Positions 52,271 through 64,000 of a stretch of 64,000 nt of DNA are shown piece by piece. Position 1 is the first letter of the stretch. Each line of letters opens with the position of its first letter. This DNA comes from Anolis carolinensis (taxonomy: Eukaryota), in contig NC_085844.1 of NCBI RefSeq assembly GCF_035594765.1, forward strand, positions 218,194,107-218,258,106. Reading direction: 5' to 3'. The translations under genes were made by a program, and so were the position numbers. Under the pieces are notes generated by a model. It saw only the letters and a list, made by a program, of their open reading frames with translations, did no database searches and was not told the DNA's origin.

Positions 52271-52520
52271 TATTCCCTTTTACTCAGGGAGTAAAACTTT
52301 TCCTCTGACAGCCAAATGTTTTGGCTCGGTGAAAACTGAAGAAATTTGTTTTCCTTTCTTTCAGCTGCACACCTGAGAGCTGGCACACATAAAGAAGAAG
52401 CAACCTGCTCCCTTGTACACAATTTCATGTAAATGTTTCTCCACATCACTACAGACTTTTGAGGTGTGCAGAAACAATGGAGAAAAGTGAGCCAGATGGT
52501 GGCTAGAGTATAAACAAAGT

Positions 52521-52879
52521 CTCGACTCTGCTGCCTGTTGACCATCCCTCCCAGTGTCCATCGCCAGTCCAAGCGCCTCAGGTGAGCCTTGCGTCTTTTA
52601 GAAACTTCCCCTCCTTGGGACATGTTAATTTCAGAATCATCTCTAACTCCACTTTGGGATTCCAGGTATGTGGCAGGAACCCAGCCTTGCTCTTCTGATG
52701 TGCTTACAAACCACCAGCCACTTTCATTCTTCTCAATGACATCCACCACCTCTCCAGCCTGCAGGCTGATCTTTGAGTTCTCCTGTTTCTCATAGTTTGA
52801 CACCATCACATATGGCTCCAGGATCATAGATTCAGAGCTAGCATCAGCACCTGATTTCCTTTTTGTGGATCCATAATCC
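52521..52879 (-). pseudogene. SH3PXD2A: Processed SH3PXD2A (Tks5) fragment, several exons joined without introns
   Basis: [119 protein letters not shown] is near-identical to Tks5 SH3-1 and its flanks. Confidence 0.93.
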
Positions 52880-53328
52880 CTGGAATTCCCTGGTTGGGAG
52901 TCTGAGGTGACCCCTCTGGCTCCCTGAGCCGCCTCCTCTTGGCCGGGGCCCCCCCCGGATCTCTCACGCACCCTCATCCTGGGCAGGAGGGTCTTGATCT
53001 CCTCTGGGCGCTTGGCAGTAGCAGTGTCTGTTCCGGACATGCTTGCGGAGAAGGACATTGATTCCTTTGCTTCCTTTCCAGTGGCAGGTGGCTGCTTTCG
53101 TTTTTCCTTCATTTTCTTTGACTTGATTTCCTCAAGTGTCTTCATCCCAAAATCCAAACTACCACTTTTGCCTGGAGGTCGGAAATTTCCGTCCACAATG
53201 GGGTGGGATGTGCAGTGCAGCTTCTGGCATCCCCAGGGCTGTTTCTTCCCATCACATGGACTCCTGCGATGATTTTTCCTGCCATATGCATAATCGTAAT
53301 AAAAATAGCCATCGTCTTGGTTGGACAT
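52880..53328 (-). pseudogene. ZC3H11A: ZC3H11A-derived segment, internally deleted
   Basis: [11 protein letters not shown] ~ MPNQGEDCYFFF; [16 protein letters not shown]...[10 protein letters not shown] ~ PCYWENQPTGCQKLNC...VDGLFLPPSK; [19 protein letters not shown] ~ [19 protein letters not shown]; QEEAAQGAR ~ QHEATPGAR. Confidence 0.8.
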
Positions 53329-56300
53329 GTTGAGTGGAAGAACATGAACTGGTCACAGAAGGACCTGAGGGCAAACAATGATATGTTTACTCTCCTCTCC
53401 GAGCCAGCTGGCCACGGTTGGGTTTATGAGGGCACAGCCTTCTCTAGGCTGAATCTGCTGGGATCTCCCTCACAGTAGGATCATCGATCAGCTCCTTCTT
53501 CAAATACTTCCAGGTATTTTTTCCCTGTAGATCGAATCCACTCTCGGTCGATGAAGTGATAGTAAAGGAGTAGAAACACCTGCCCTCAGAATCCAGGGGG
53601 TGAATAATAACTCCTGATGAGCGTGATCAAAATCTGAACAGACTTGAAGTCTAAAGATCAAGAGATGTTGTGTCCAATCGGCTGCAGAAATCTCTGACTC
53701 CTTGGCCCAAGGCTTACAGGCTTCCTTAGGCTATTAAATATAATGTATTAGGTGCCTAGTTTGGTCTTTTGAGGGGAGCCTCTCAAACCAACCACAGATG
53801 CCGCCTGCCAGTCAGGGAGGGGAAAGCAGTGGTCGGCTACTGAACCCCTCCTTTCGCCAGATGCTACCGGACCCCTCCTTCCCCCAAATACTGTGTGCGA
53901 CAGATGACCAAATGCTGCAAGAACTGCTGGATCCAAAAGCACAATGGACTGCAAAGTGCAATGGACTCTGCCTGGAACAGAGCCTCACCGTCGAGTGAGG
54001 CAGAGGGAGACCGTTGCCACTTCAAGAAGCCCACTGCCATTGTGACATCTTTGTTCCTAACAATTCAGAGAGATAATCAGGTATATCAGTCTAACAACTG
54101 AGAAGCCTAATTTGCCTTGCATGAATACTAGGGGATATTTACCAATAAGGATATGGAGATTCCTGGTTTTCCAAAAAGTTATGATCTCTAAAGAGTCATG
54201 CCTTTCCAAAGATTACTACTGCCATAAGATGGAAACAATTTAAAGGTAATAGACAACAATTCAAAAATAATCATGAACTCATTTTCAGACCTACAACTTC
54301 AGCCAGACTAATAGCCCAATTCCCATGAATTTTACTCCATTACTGACATTCCTAATAAAAAGTTGATATCACAATTTTAGGAGATTCATGTAGTGACTGG
54401 AGAAGAAAAGTAAGTGTTGGCGACCTACACTTTTTCTCCTAGCAGCATGAAAGGTCTGGGGCAATTGTTTTGCAATTGTTCTGGCCCTGTAGCGGGATGA
54501 AAAAAATTAAAGTTTTTAAACACAAAGCTCAAGCAGAGCAGCATATTTCTGAAACTTGATATGATTTGCCCTCTGTCTGGGTTCTGATGAAGCACACTGT
54601 TTCTCTAGATTCAAGGCCTCAGAGTTCAGACTAGGAGCTTAAAGATAAGGTGTCTGTGATCCCACCCACCACTGGTATGCATCCCCAACCCCACCTCTCT
54701 TAGCCAGGAGGGAATGCAGCCCTTCTGCTGAAAAATGATCCCACCATCCTGTTGAAGCTCTAATAAATAAGTTGTGAATGGGTGAGACAACCCAGGCAAA
54801 CACTGCAGAAACAAGAAAGCATATCCTCCCACATTTCACAGACAAAAACTGTGACTTAAGTGACTAAGTAACATCAAACTATAGTCAAGATGGCAAAATT
54901 TATAAATTTAAGTAATGGTTTTATAGATTTATCTGAAAGATTAATATGCAAAGTAAGATTAGAGAAAGAAGAAACAAAAGAGAATTGATTTGAAACTACA
55001 TGGAACCCATTTATTAGTTTTACAGGTCACTGGCATTCTTCCAAGTGAGATTATGGTTAAATGAAGGGGAAGATATGACTATTAATAAAAAAAATTGACA
55101 ATTAAGTGGAGGAAATTGTATAAGTAAGAGAATAGACAATGAACTGATAGTGAATTCTGTATAAGTTTATGATTGGGGGAAGGGGAGGGCAAATGAGATA
55201 GAAGCAAGATTTGAGATCATGGTTTATTCTTACACTGTTATATTGAAAATACTTCTGAAAATGGCAAAAAGTTTTAATGAGGAAGAACACGCAAATGAGC
55301 AGCAGTTTGCTTTTGCCTGAGCCTACTGGAAAGGGCAAGATTCTGCCCCCTTCTTTTCTCTTCCCCTGAATTAATTGGTGTGAAGCACTTTTGCACTTCA
55401 AACTCCATTTGCAGTAAGGAAAATAGGTCAAGAAGAAATTGGGACATTTTAAAAGTAGCTGAAAATGTAGGACAATAGAGGATTCATTTGACCTATTCCT
55501 ACTAAATTGGGACAATTGGAGGAGATGAGAAAGATGACCCAGAGCTTCTCCTTGATTTAATTCACACTCTCTGAAATCTAATCTTTTGGCTGCTTACCAG
55601 AATCTCCAGCCAACATGGCCAATGCTACCTGGGGATTTGGAGTTTTAATCCCCAAAAAGTCATTCATTAGACCTATCATTTGTCTTCTACTAGGCAGAGA
55701 GCCTTCTCGATTGTAGCCCCTTATCTATGGAATGCCTTGCCATTTGAAATTCGAACTACCCGAGACCTACTTGCCTTTCAGAAAGCCTGTAAAACCTTTC
55801 TCTTCCAACAAGCCTTCGATGGGTGAAAACTTGGGGCTATGTCCGTTCTTATTGTTATCTAAAGCTAACTGTATTGTTTTATCTGTTTTTGTAAACCGCT
55901 CCGAGCCAAATTGGGAGTAGCGGTATACAAGTCCAATAAATAAATAAATAAATAAATTTTGAAAAAGAGACTGACAGACCTACTTTTCTGAGAAAAAGTT
56001 GCACAGTATAGCATATGAATTGTCTTAATCAAACATCCAGTATGACTGGCAAGGGGCATGTTCCTCCACCCAAAAACACTTTAGTGCAGCAGGCCTAGAC
56101 TCTTGTTCTCTCTCTCACACACAGCATGGATGCTAAAGTGAGGAGGATGACAAGCCATCTATGCTGCCTGGGCTCTTTGGAGAAAAGGCAGGATATTTTT
56201 TGTTGCTGTGTGCATTCAGGTTTATGGAAACCTAAGGCAACCTGGTGGTTAGTTGCCCAATATCACCCAGTGGGTTTTCCTGACTGAGCAGAGATTTGAA

Positions 56301-56570
56301 CCCTGATCTCCAGAGTCCAACATTCAAACCATTGTGCCACGCTGGCTCTGGGATCAACAGTACTGTACATAACAAGGTTTTGGTGCCAAGATACCCATGA
56401 ATACCAAAATCCATAGATCCACAAATCCCATTACACGTAATAGCATAGTAAAATAGTGTCCTTAATGGCAACACCAAGGTTTGATTTTTGATTTTTTAAA
56501 AAAGGTTTTCAAGCTGTAGGTCAGTATTTCACAAACTCTGGTCTTCCAGGAATTTTGGTACCTAATTTCC

Positions 56571-56627
<57 letters not shown>

Positions 56628-57329
56628 TCTTATCCACCTCTTCTCATGGCTCAAGGTAAGTTACAGAACAAAACACATAAGCACAGCAAAACACCACAAA
56701 TACACAGAAGCCTTTATCATTGGCCAAGACAGCTAAGAGTGCTGAGAGTTAAAGTCCAGGACTTGAGATTGGAAATCACTGCTGTAGGTATGAGCTTCTT
56801 AACTTTTGCCACTCTCAACCCCTTTCTGGCTGAGAAATTTTTACAAAACCACTAGTATATAGATATACAAAAAAGGTACACAAATCAAACATTTATTTGT
56901 AAAAAATCAACATTAGCAAGGTTTGCTAAACAGGCTGTTTTTTGTTTTTATGAAGTTCAACTGAAGTATCTTCTGCAGAGCCCATTGTAAACACTGTAAA
57001 AGAGGGCACCAACCCCCAGAGTCAGACATGACTGGACTTAACGTCAGGGGAAACCTTTGCCTTTTATAATGCAATAGGTACGGGATTCCCGGACATGTGC
57101 AGTACCTCTCCCCGCCAGAAGGGGCGCCCGTGCGATGGGTGCAAGGATGGTCACAGCTGGCTCCAGGGAAACAAAAACAAAACTTTGGCGACCTATCACT
57201 GCATCTTATACCTCGAGGAAGGCAATAGCGGGTGGGTTGGAAAAATGCCACCCATGCTGGTGCCCACCCTGTTTTTCCCTGCTTCCAAATGCCATGGTTG
57301 GACCTCCTCCGGGAGGGAGAGTGGCCCTT

Positions 57330-57737
57330 GCTTGGCTTGTAGCCTTATAAAGGAAGCGCCCGGGCCCGTGGGCTTGGGATGCATTCTCCCTGGGCTTTCT
57401 CTCCCCCGGGCCGGAGAGCCCTGCATCTATATAAGGGCAAACCCGCTCTCCCCGCCCCCTCGGCTCTTTTTCCCGGGCGCGGATGCTCTCCCCTCCAGCC
57501 TCCCGCGTCCGAGGCGCCACAGCTGGGCTGCTGCCACCGCCGCCGCGCTCGCATTCCTTCGCCTTCTATGGCCAAATCCTTCGGGGTGGGAGGGATCCTC
57601 CCGCGGGGAAGCGCTCCTCTCCATTGGACGCTCTTCCCCAAACGGAGGGAGGCTCGACCCGCTCCCGGTGCGTTTCCACCTCTCCGCCGCTCCTCTTCGG
57701 CTCCCGCAAGGCTCCCCCCAGTTCCTCTTTGGCTCAG
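57330..57737 (+). promoter_or_regulatory. MYL9: CpG-island muscle-type promoter plus non-coding exon 1, probably MYL9
   Basis: Near-CArG boxes CCTTATAAAGG (57343-57353), CTATATAAGG (57427-57436) and CCTTCTATGG (57562-57571); MCAT CATTCCT (57552-57558); strong donor CAG|gtaaga at 57737/57738. Gene identity is inferred from RAB5IF-MYL9 synteny and the SRF/TEAD motifs; no coding exon lies in the window. Confidence 0.5.
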
Positions 57738-57919
57738 GTAAGAGGGTCTCCTTCCCTTTCCCCTGGAGACGCCCCACAACCTCTGGGGGGAAAGTAGGCG
57801 AGGATGGAGGTCAGAACTTCGTGTTGCCCCAGCAGATCTTTCTATCCGAGGTACCTTGGTTTTGCTCCCCACACTGTCTGGGATGCGCCATCGCTTTCAT
57901 TCGTCCTGAACGTAGACTG

Positions 57920-58705
57920 CGTTGCTATGAGTTTTCCGGGCTGTATGTTCCAGGAGCATTCTCTCCTGACGTTTCGCCCGCATCGATGGCAGGCATCCTC
58001 AAAGGTTGTGAGGTCTGTTGGAAACTAGGCAAGTCGGGTTTATCTATCTGTCGAATGTCCACGGTGGGAGAAAGAACTCTTGTCTATTTGAAACTAGAGA
58101 AACGAGGTTTATATATTTGTGGCATGTCCAGGGTGGGAGCAAGAACTCTTGTCTGTTTGAGACAGGTGTGAAATGTTTCAATTGGCCAACTTGATTAGCA
58201 TTGAATAGCCTTACTGCTTCAAGGTCTGGCTGTTTACTGCCTATGGGGAATCCTTTGTTGGGAGAAAGGAGGAAACCATAACAATGAACAAAATCTGGCT
58301 ACCAGTAAGTATTTAAAAATAACTCTAAAGTCAGGACAGTAAATAAAGATCAACACTCTGAAAACAGAGAAATTCCAGACATGAATCAGTCAGGGCCAGC
58401 TAAAACCTCCCAACAAAGGATTCCCCCAGGCAATAAGCAGCCAGACCTGGAAACTGAAAGGCTATTCAATGCTAATCAAGGTAGCCCACTGAAACATTCA
58501 CATCTGTTTCAAACAGACAAGCGTTCTTTCTCCCGCCCTGAACATTCCACTTGCCTAGTTTCCAACATATCCCACAACCTCTGTAACCTTTTGCCATAGA
58601 TGTAGGTGAAACGTCAGGAGAGAATGTTTCTGAAACATGGCCATACAGCATGGAAAATTCACAGCAACCCAGTGCTTATGGCCATAAAAGCCTTCAACAA
58701 CACAT
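57920..58705. mobile_element. Penelope-like element remnant with inverted pseudo-LTRs (further pieces at 59586-59720 and 61486-61795)
   Basis: GAGCATTCTCTCCTGACGTTTCGCCC... mirrored by ...GAAACGTCAGGAGAGAATGTTTC. Confidence 0.75.
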
Positions 58706-61700
58706 AGAAAACTACGTTATACTAAGCTTCCCTCCTTAATTCTAACTCAAGGCACATATAAACTGTGGAATTAACACAGTTTGATACCACTTGAACTGCT
58801 GTGGCTCGAGGCTATGGAATCCTAGGAATTATAATCTTACAAAGTCTCCTGCCTTCTTTTTCAAAGAGTGCTGGTGCCTCACCAAAATACAACTCCCAGG
58901 ATTCCATAGCATTTTTGCTGCTGTAGTTAAAATGGTGTCAAAGTGTATTAATTCTGCAGTGCAGATGCACCCCTTAGTGTTGATGATTATAGTAGATTTT
59001 TTGGAATGCACATTCCATCATCATTGGGTTATATTATAATTATTTAAGTTCAATTATGTATTATTTTTATTTAGTTTTATAAGTTTATTTTGAGATCGTT
59101 TTATCTACAGTTTTGATTTGATTTATCATTGTCTGTTTTTGGCATTGAATGTTTGCCATTTTATTATTTTTGTTGGAAACTGCCGAGTCCCCCCGGGGAG
59201 ATAGGGCGGAGTACAAATAAAGTATCATCATCATCATCACCACCACCACCACCACCATTCACCCTGTGGCTCATGGGAACATTGGTCTAAAATGTTGAAA
59301 AAGGCAACCTGGTGTTTTCTGCATGTTTTCAATTCTAGTTGTTATTATTGTTGCCAGTCATTAGCAGTGAGGGCTGGGCGAATAGGAACTGTAGTCCAAA
59401 AGATCTGCTGAGTGTCACACTACCAACTTTTCAACTTCCAACTTGCTGAAATTTCCATGATTGGGCTGAAACTTTAGAAACAGGACTTCAATCAGAATCA
59501 AAACAATGTGAGAAAGATTATTTGTATCTCTGACTTGGGTCTTTTAAAGGGGGCATCATCTGTCCTATATGGTATGTTCTCTTAATGTGTTGTTGAAAGC
59601 TTTCATGGCCAGAATCACCGGGTTGCTGTGAGTTTTCCGGGCTGTATGGCAATGTTCCAGAAGCATTCTCTCGTGACGCTTCACCCACATCTATGGCAGG
59701 CATCCTGAGAGGTTGTGAGGTGACTTTTCAAGGTTAAAGACCTTGGTAAACTACAACTCCAAGATCTTGTAAAGACCTTGTAAAACTTCAACTCCGGAGT
59801 CCCCAGTGGCACAATGGGTTAAAGCCTTGTGCCGGCAGGACTGCTGAACGAAAGGTCAATGGTTCGAATCCGGGGAGCAGGGTGAGCTCACATCTCTCAG
59901 CTCCAGCTTCCCATGCGGGGACATGAGAGAAGCCTCCCACAGGATGGTAAAACATCCGGGCATCCCCTGGGCAATGTCCTTGAAGATTTCCAATTCTTTC
60001 ACACCAGAAGCGACTTGCAGTTTTTCAAGTCACTCCTAACACAGAAAAGTACAACTCCTATAATTCCACAGCATTGAGCCTTAAAGTGGCATCAGACTGC
60101 ATTACTTCAACCTTGTAGATGCATCCCTGGCTCTTTGTAGACATAAATAGGATTGCACACCACATTCAGGTATGCAAAATGCTTCAGACTCCTTGACCAA
60201 TGTGGATTTCAGGAGAAGCAATAGTTTTCAAATGCTGTGTCCATAAGCTTCTGTACTGTCTGATTAAATGCTAACAATGAGGGGATTGTGCTACAATCCT
60301 GTGGATTTCCATAAACTATTAGCTTCCAGAATATCTTAAACAGCTAGATTTGCCACTTGGGCTATTAGAAATTGAGTACATGTCCTTTTTGGCTTGTAGG
60401 CATTAGTCACATTGACTGATGAACCCATCCGGTTAAAACAGATGTGGGCACTATGCAGCTCCTGCCCCCAATAGGGTTGAACTAGATTCCTCACTATTGG
60501 CTGTGTTTACTGAGGATGCTGGGAGTTGCTACTCAACAATATATGCAGAGCCTCACAATCCCCATGACTCCCAAGGAAATTAAGTTCAAGATTTGTTGTG
60601 TGCTTTATGGCAACCCTAAGGTGACCTTATAACAAGGTTTTCTAGGGTTGAGAGCCCAAGGCCACCCTGTGAATTTTCATAGCCAAGTGGGGATCAAACC
60701 CTAGTCTTTAGAATCATAATCTAATTCTCAAACCGCTGCATCATGATAGGTCAACTAAACACTTCTTGATTCTGAACATGCTCAAAAATTGTATCTTTAG
60801 TAGCACTTGAAATATCCCAAAGTTGACAGAAGCCTGGAAAAGCTGAGCCAAGCCCTGTTATATGCAGTTGATGTTTTGTGCACTTGGTGTGGTTCTGGGG
60901 GTGGGAAATGAATTTTCTCCCTATTGGTTGCTTCTCCTGCCTCCATTTCAAAGCTTGGACTTCGGGACTAGAGTTCCTAGAATAATCCAGCCTGCGTGGC
61001 TAACCTCCAAAAGTTGTTTTTCCAAACCATGTTCCTATTGTATTTCATTGGATTATGTACAGTAGAGTCTCACTTATCCAACATAAACGGGCCGGCAGAA
61101 TGTTGGATAAGCGAATATGTTGGATAATAAGGAGAGATTAAGGAAAAGCCTATTAAACATCAAATTAGGTTATGATTTTACAAATTAAGCACCAAAACAT
61201 CATGTTTAACAACAAATTTGACAGAAAAAGTAGTTCACTACACAGTAATGCTATGTAGTAATTACTGTATTTACAAATTTAGCACCAAAATATCACGAGG
61301 TATTGAAAACATTGACTACAAAAATGCGTTGGATAATCCAGAACGTTGGATAAGCGAGTGTTGGATAAGTGAGACTCTACTGTATAACTAATCTTTTCCC
61401 TAAGGCCAGAACTCAAGGCATCTTAAAAAACAAAAACAAAATAGAAATGTGTATAACAAACAAATATATATTTGTGTTGTTGGGGGGACGTTTCGCCCAC
61501 ATCTCCTCAGAGGTTGTGAGGCATGGATAAACTAGGCAAGGAAGGTAAATATATACCTGTGGGGAGTCCAGGGTGTGACAAGAATCCTTTGTCAGTTGGA
61601 AGCCAGTGTTAATGTTGCAATTAATCACCCTAAATAGCATTGGAAAGGTTTGTCTCTTGCCTGGGGGGCATCCTTTGTTCAGAGTCATTAGCCATCCTTG

Positions 61701-64000
61701 GGGCTCCTCTGCCCTCAGAGTGTTGCTTCCCATCTACTGTTCTGATTTTTGAGGTTTTTTTAAATACTGGTAGCCAGATTTTGTTCATTTGTTACATTTG
61801 TTGCTGCCGTGTGCATCCAAGTAATTTCTGGAAATTATTGCAGATTTTTCTTGGGAAGATTTATTCAGAAGGGTTTTGCCTTTGTTTTCCTCTGAGGCTT
61901 TTTTTATCATGTCAGAAGCAACCGCTTCTGGTGTGAGAGAATTGGCCATCTACAGAGATGTTGCCCAGGGGATGCCTGGATGTTTTTACCATCCTTGTGG
62001 GAGGCTTCTCTCATGTCCCCACAAGCTAGAGCTAACAGACGGGAGCTCATCCCATCTCATGGATTCGAACTGGCAATCTTCAGGTCAGCAACCCAACCTG
62101 CAGGTCAGCAGTTCAGCCGGCACAAGAGTTTAATCCATTGCGCTACCGCAGCTCCTTCCTCTGAAGCTGAGCGTGTGTGACTTATCCAAGGTCATCTATT
62201 GGGCCAAGTGGGGATTTGAACCCTGTTCTCCAGTGTCATAGTCTACCACTCAAGTCACTACACTGCTCTGGCTCTCAATTTCATTTAAAGTGCTATTAAA
62301 AACTATTAAAATATATCCATGAGAAAATAACACATATATGATTATACAACTGCACTAAGAAAAGCCATTTTCTTGAAAAATAAATGGGTTCTCCACCCCA
62401 CAAAAACATACAGGGAGGGCCCAATGAAATTGTCTGCCACAGCAATGAGAAGTGAAAAAGCAAACATCGATGCCAACCTGATGGATTCATTGTGACAGAT
62501 CCTTGCCTTACTGGGAAATATTTCTCTCCAGTGATTAAAATAGGTGTGTGTTTATGTATGGAGGGGGAGTGGAAGGGAAGAAATAAATTGGATCTAGAAA
62601 ATATGCAGCAGACTTTGAACGTTCCCAATAGCAATATCAATTGCGTCACCAAGCATGAAATGTGTTTCTTATTGATGAATTGCTGTTATTTCATGTATTT
62701 CAATTCAAAAGAGTGTGCCCCTGGAGAGGAGAACGTGTGCAATATGATGATCAGAAAGCCAGGCAAAGCTTTAGCTCTTTGTGACATCCCTCTCCAATCT
62801 GGTGCCTCTCCCATCACAAGGTCTCAGACTATAATCCTTAATGATGTGTGCTATGGATGATAGGAGTTGTAGTTCAAGAACTGGGGGGTTGGGGAGTGGT
62901 TCTTTAGGATATTGCTATTCAAATGGCATTTCCTGGGCGAGAGTTGGTCTGTAAAAATTGGCTGCTGGTTCACAGAGGGTCTCCAGGAAAAGAAAGAAAC
63001 AGTTAATAGCCAATGGGCAATACATATAGTAAAAGCAGCTGCAGTGGCACAATGGGTTAAACCTTTGTGCTGGCTGGACTGCTGACCTGAAGGTTGCTGG
63101 TTTGAATCCATGAGATGGGGTGAGCTCTCATTTGTCAGTTCTAGCTTGGAGGGACATGAGAGAAGACTCCCAGCAGGATGGTAATATATCCAGACGTCCC
63201 CTAAGCAACGTCTCTGTAGATGGTCAATTCTCTCACACCAGAAGTGACTTGCAGTGTGATTTCAAAAAATGCATATAGTACCAGTACCTGGCACATCAGT
63301 CCCCCTCTTACAAGATATCAAGAAAAATGTTGCTATGGAAGATTGTCTCAAGAGAGCAGAGGAGGGAAAGGAACTAAAATGTATACATCCCAAAACCAAT
63401 CACTTATATGCTTGAACATTGTCTATCCAAGTGGTTCTCAACCTTTTTTTTTTTTTACTAGGGACCACTTTGACCAGGGACCACTTGAACAGGGACCATT
63501 TTAACCAGGGAACACTCTCCAACGTTAGTATCAAAAGGGCTACGAATCAGTTTTTGGTCAACTTTAGATTTGGTTTGGTTATTTGGGTTACTGATTCAGA
63601 AAATTGCATTGGATAGACCACATCAGCTCTAGTTTCTGATACATAACATATGCCACCCAGTAGTCGCCATCTGCTCGCCCACAGAAAACCACTTTTAGTT
63701 ATTTAGAGTTGAGGTGGTCTGTCCAATGCAATGGTCAGCTCTGCAGAAAGGAGCGGAAATAAAATTTAAAAATAAAATAAATAAAGAGGAAGGAGATTTG
63801 TGGACTGAATTTTTGTTGTCGCAGCCCACTGTTGGGCCACAGCCCACAGGTTGAGAACCACTCGTCTAGCCAGAGCAGAATGGGAACCTATATCTTTGAA
63901 TATGCGAGGCTTAGGCAGCAGCAATTTTTAATGGTCTGGGTGCTAAATCTGCTATGAAGAACTGTTGAAAGCTAAGCTCTCCTTGGATCAATAAACAATG

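Larger units (their letters stand above)
52228..53328 (-). pseudogene. Intronless chimeric retrocopy/retrogene, 366-codon ORF: ZC3H11A-like N-terminus + SH3PXD2A (Tks5) first SH3 domain + unrelated tail
   Basis: Single open frame; see the two sub-features. Whether it is functional or a pseudogene cannot be decided from sequence. Confidence 0.85.

Noticed and set aside
52098-54825. AGCATATC at ~52098-52105 and 54818-54825 as a TSD of the chimeric retrocopy
   Set aside because: An 8-mer match over 2.7 kb can arise by chance, and the 5' boundary of the insertion is undefined.
57095-58171. 358-aa plus-strand ORF
   Set aside because: Runs across a CpG-island promoter, a splice donor and a Penelope repeat; no recognisable domain; a GC-rich stop-poor artefact.

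Overview
Vertebrate (squamate, very probably Anolis-type lizard) genomic DNA, judged from Sauria SINEs, an L2-tailed Anolis-type SINE, CR1/L2/RTE/Penelope fragments and many hAT/Tc1 MITEs. Genes in order: the 5' part of GGT7 (minus, coding exons 1-3); a complete 11-coding-exon CYLD-family deubiquitinase paralogue (plus, 23376-33028, 556 aa, catalytic triad intact but most of the CAP-Gly/regulatory half missing and the B-box remodelled); complete RAB5IF/C20orf24 (minus, 4 exons, 144 aa); an intronless 366-codon chimeric ORF (minus, 52228-53328) fusing a collapsed ZC3H11A-like N-terminus to a spliced SH3PXD2A/Tks5 fragment that appears to begin and end at exon boundaries; and a CArG/MCAT CpG-island promoter with a non-coding first exon that is probably MYL9 (plus, coding exons outside the window). 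The two most interesting items are the compact CYLD paralogue and the ZC3H11A-Tks5 chimeric retrocopy. All homology calls come from remembered protein sequences, not database searches. Repeat boundaries are approximate unless a TSD is quoted.
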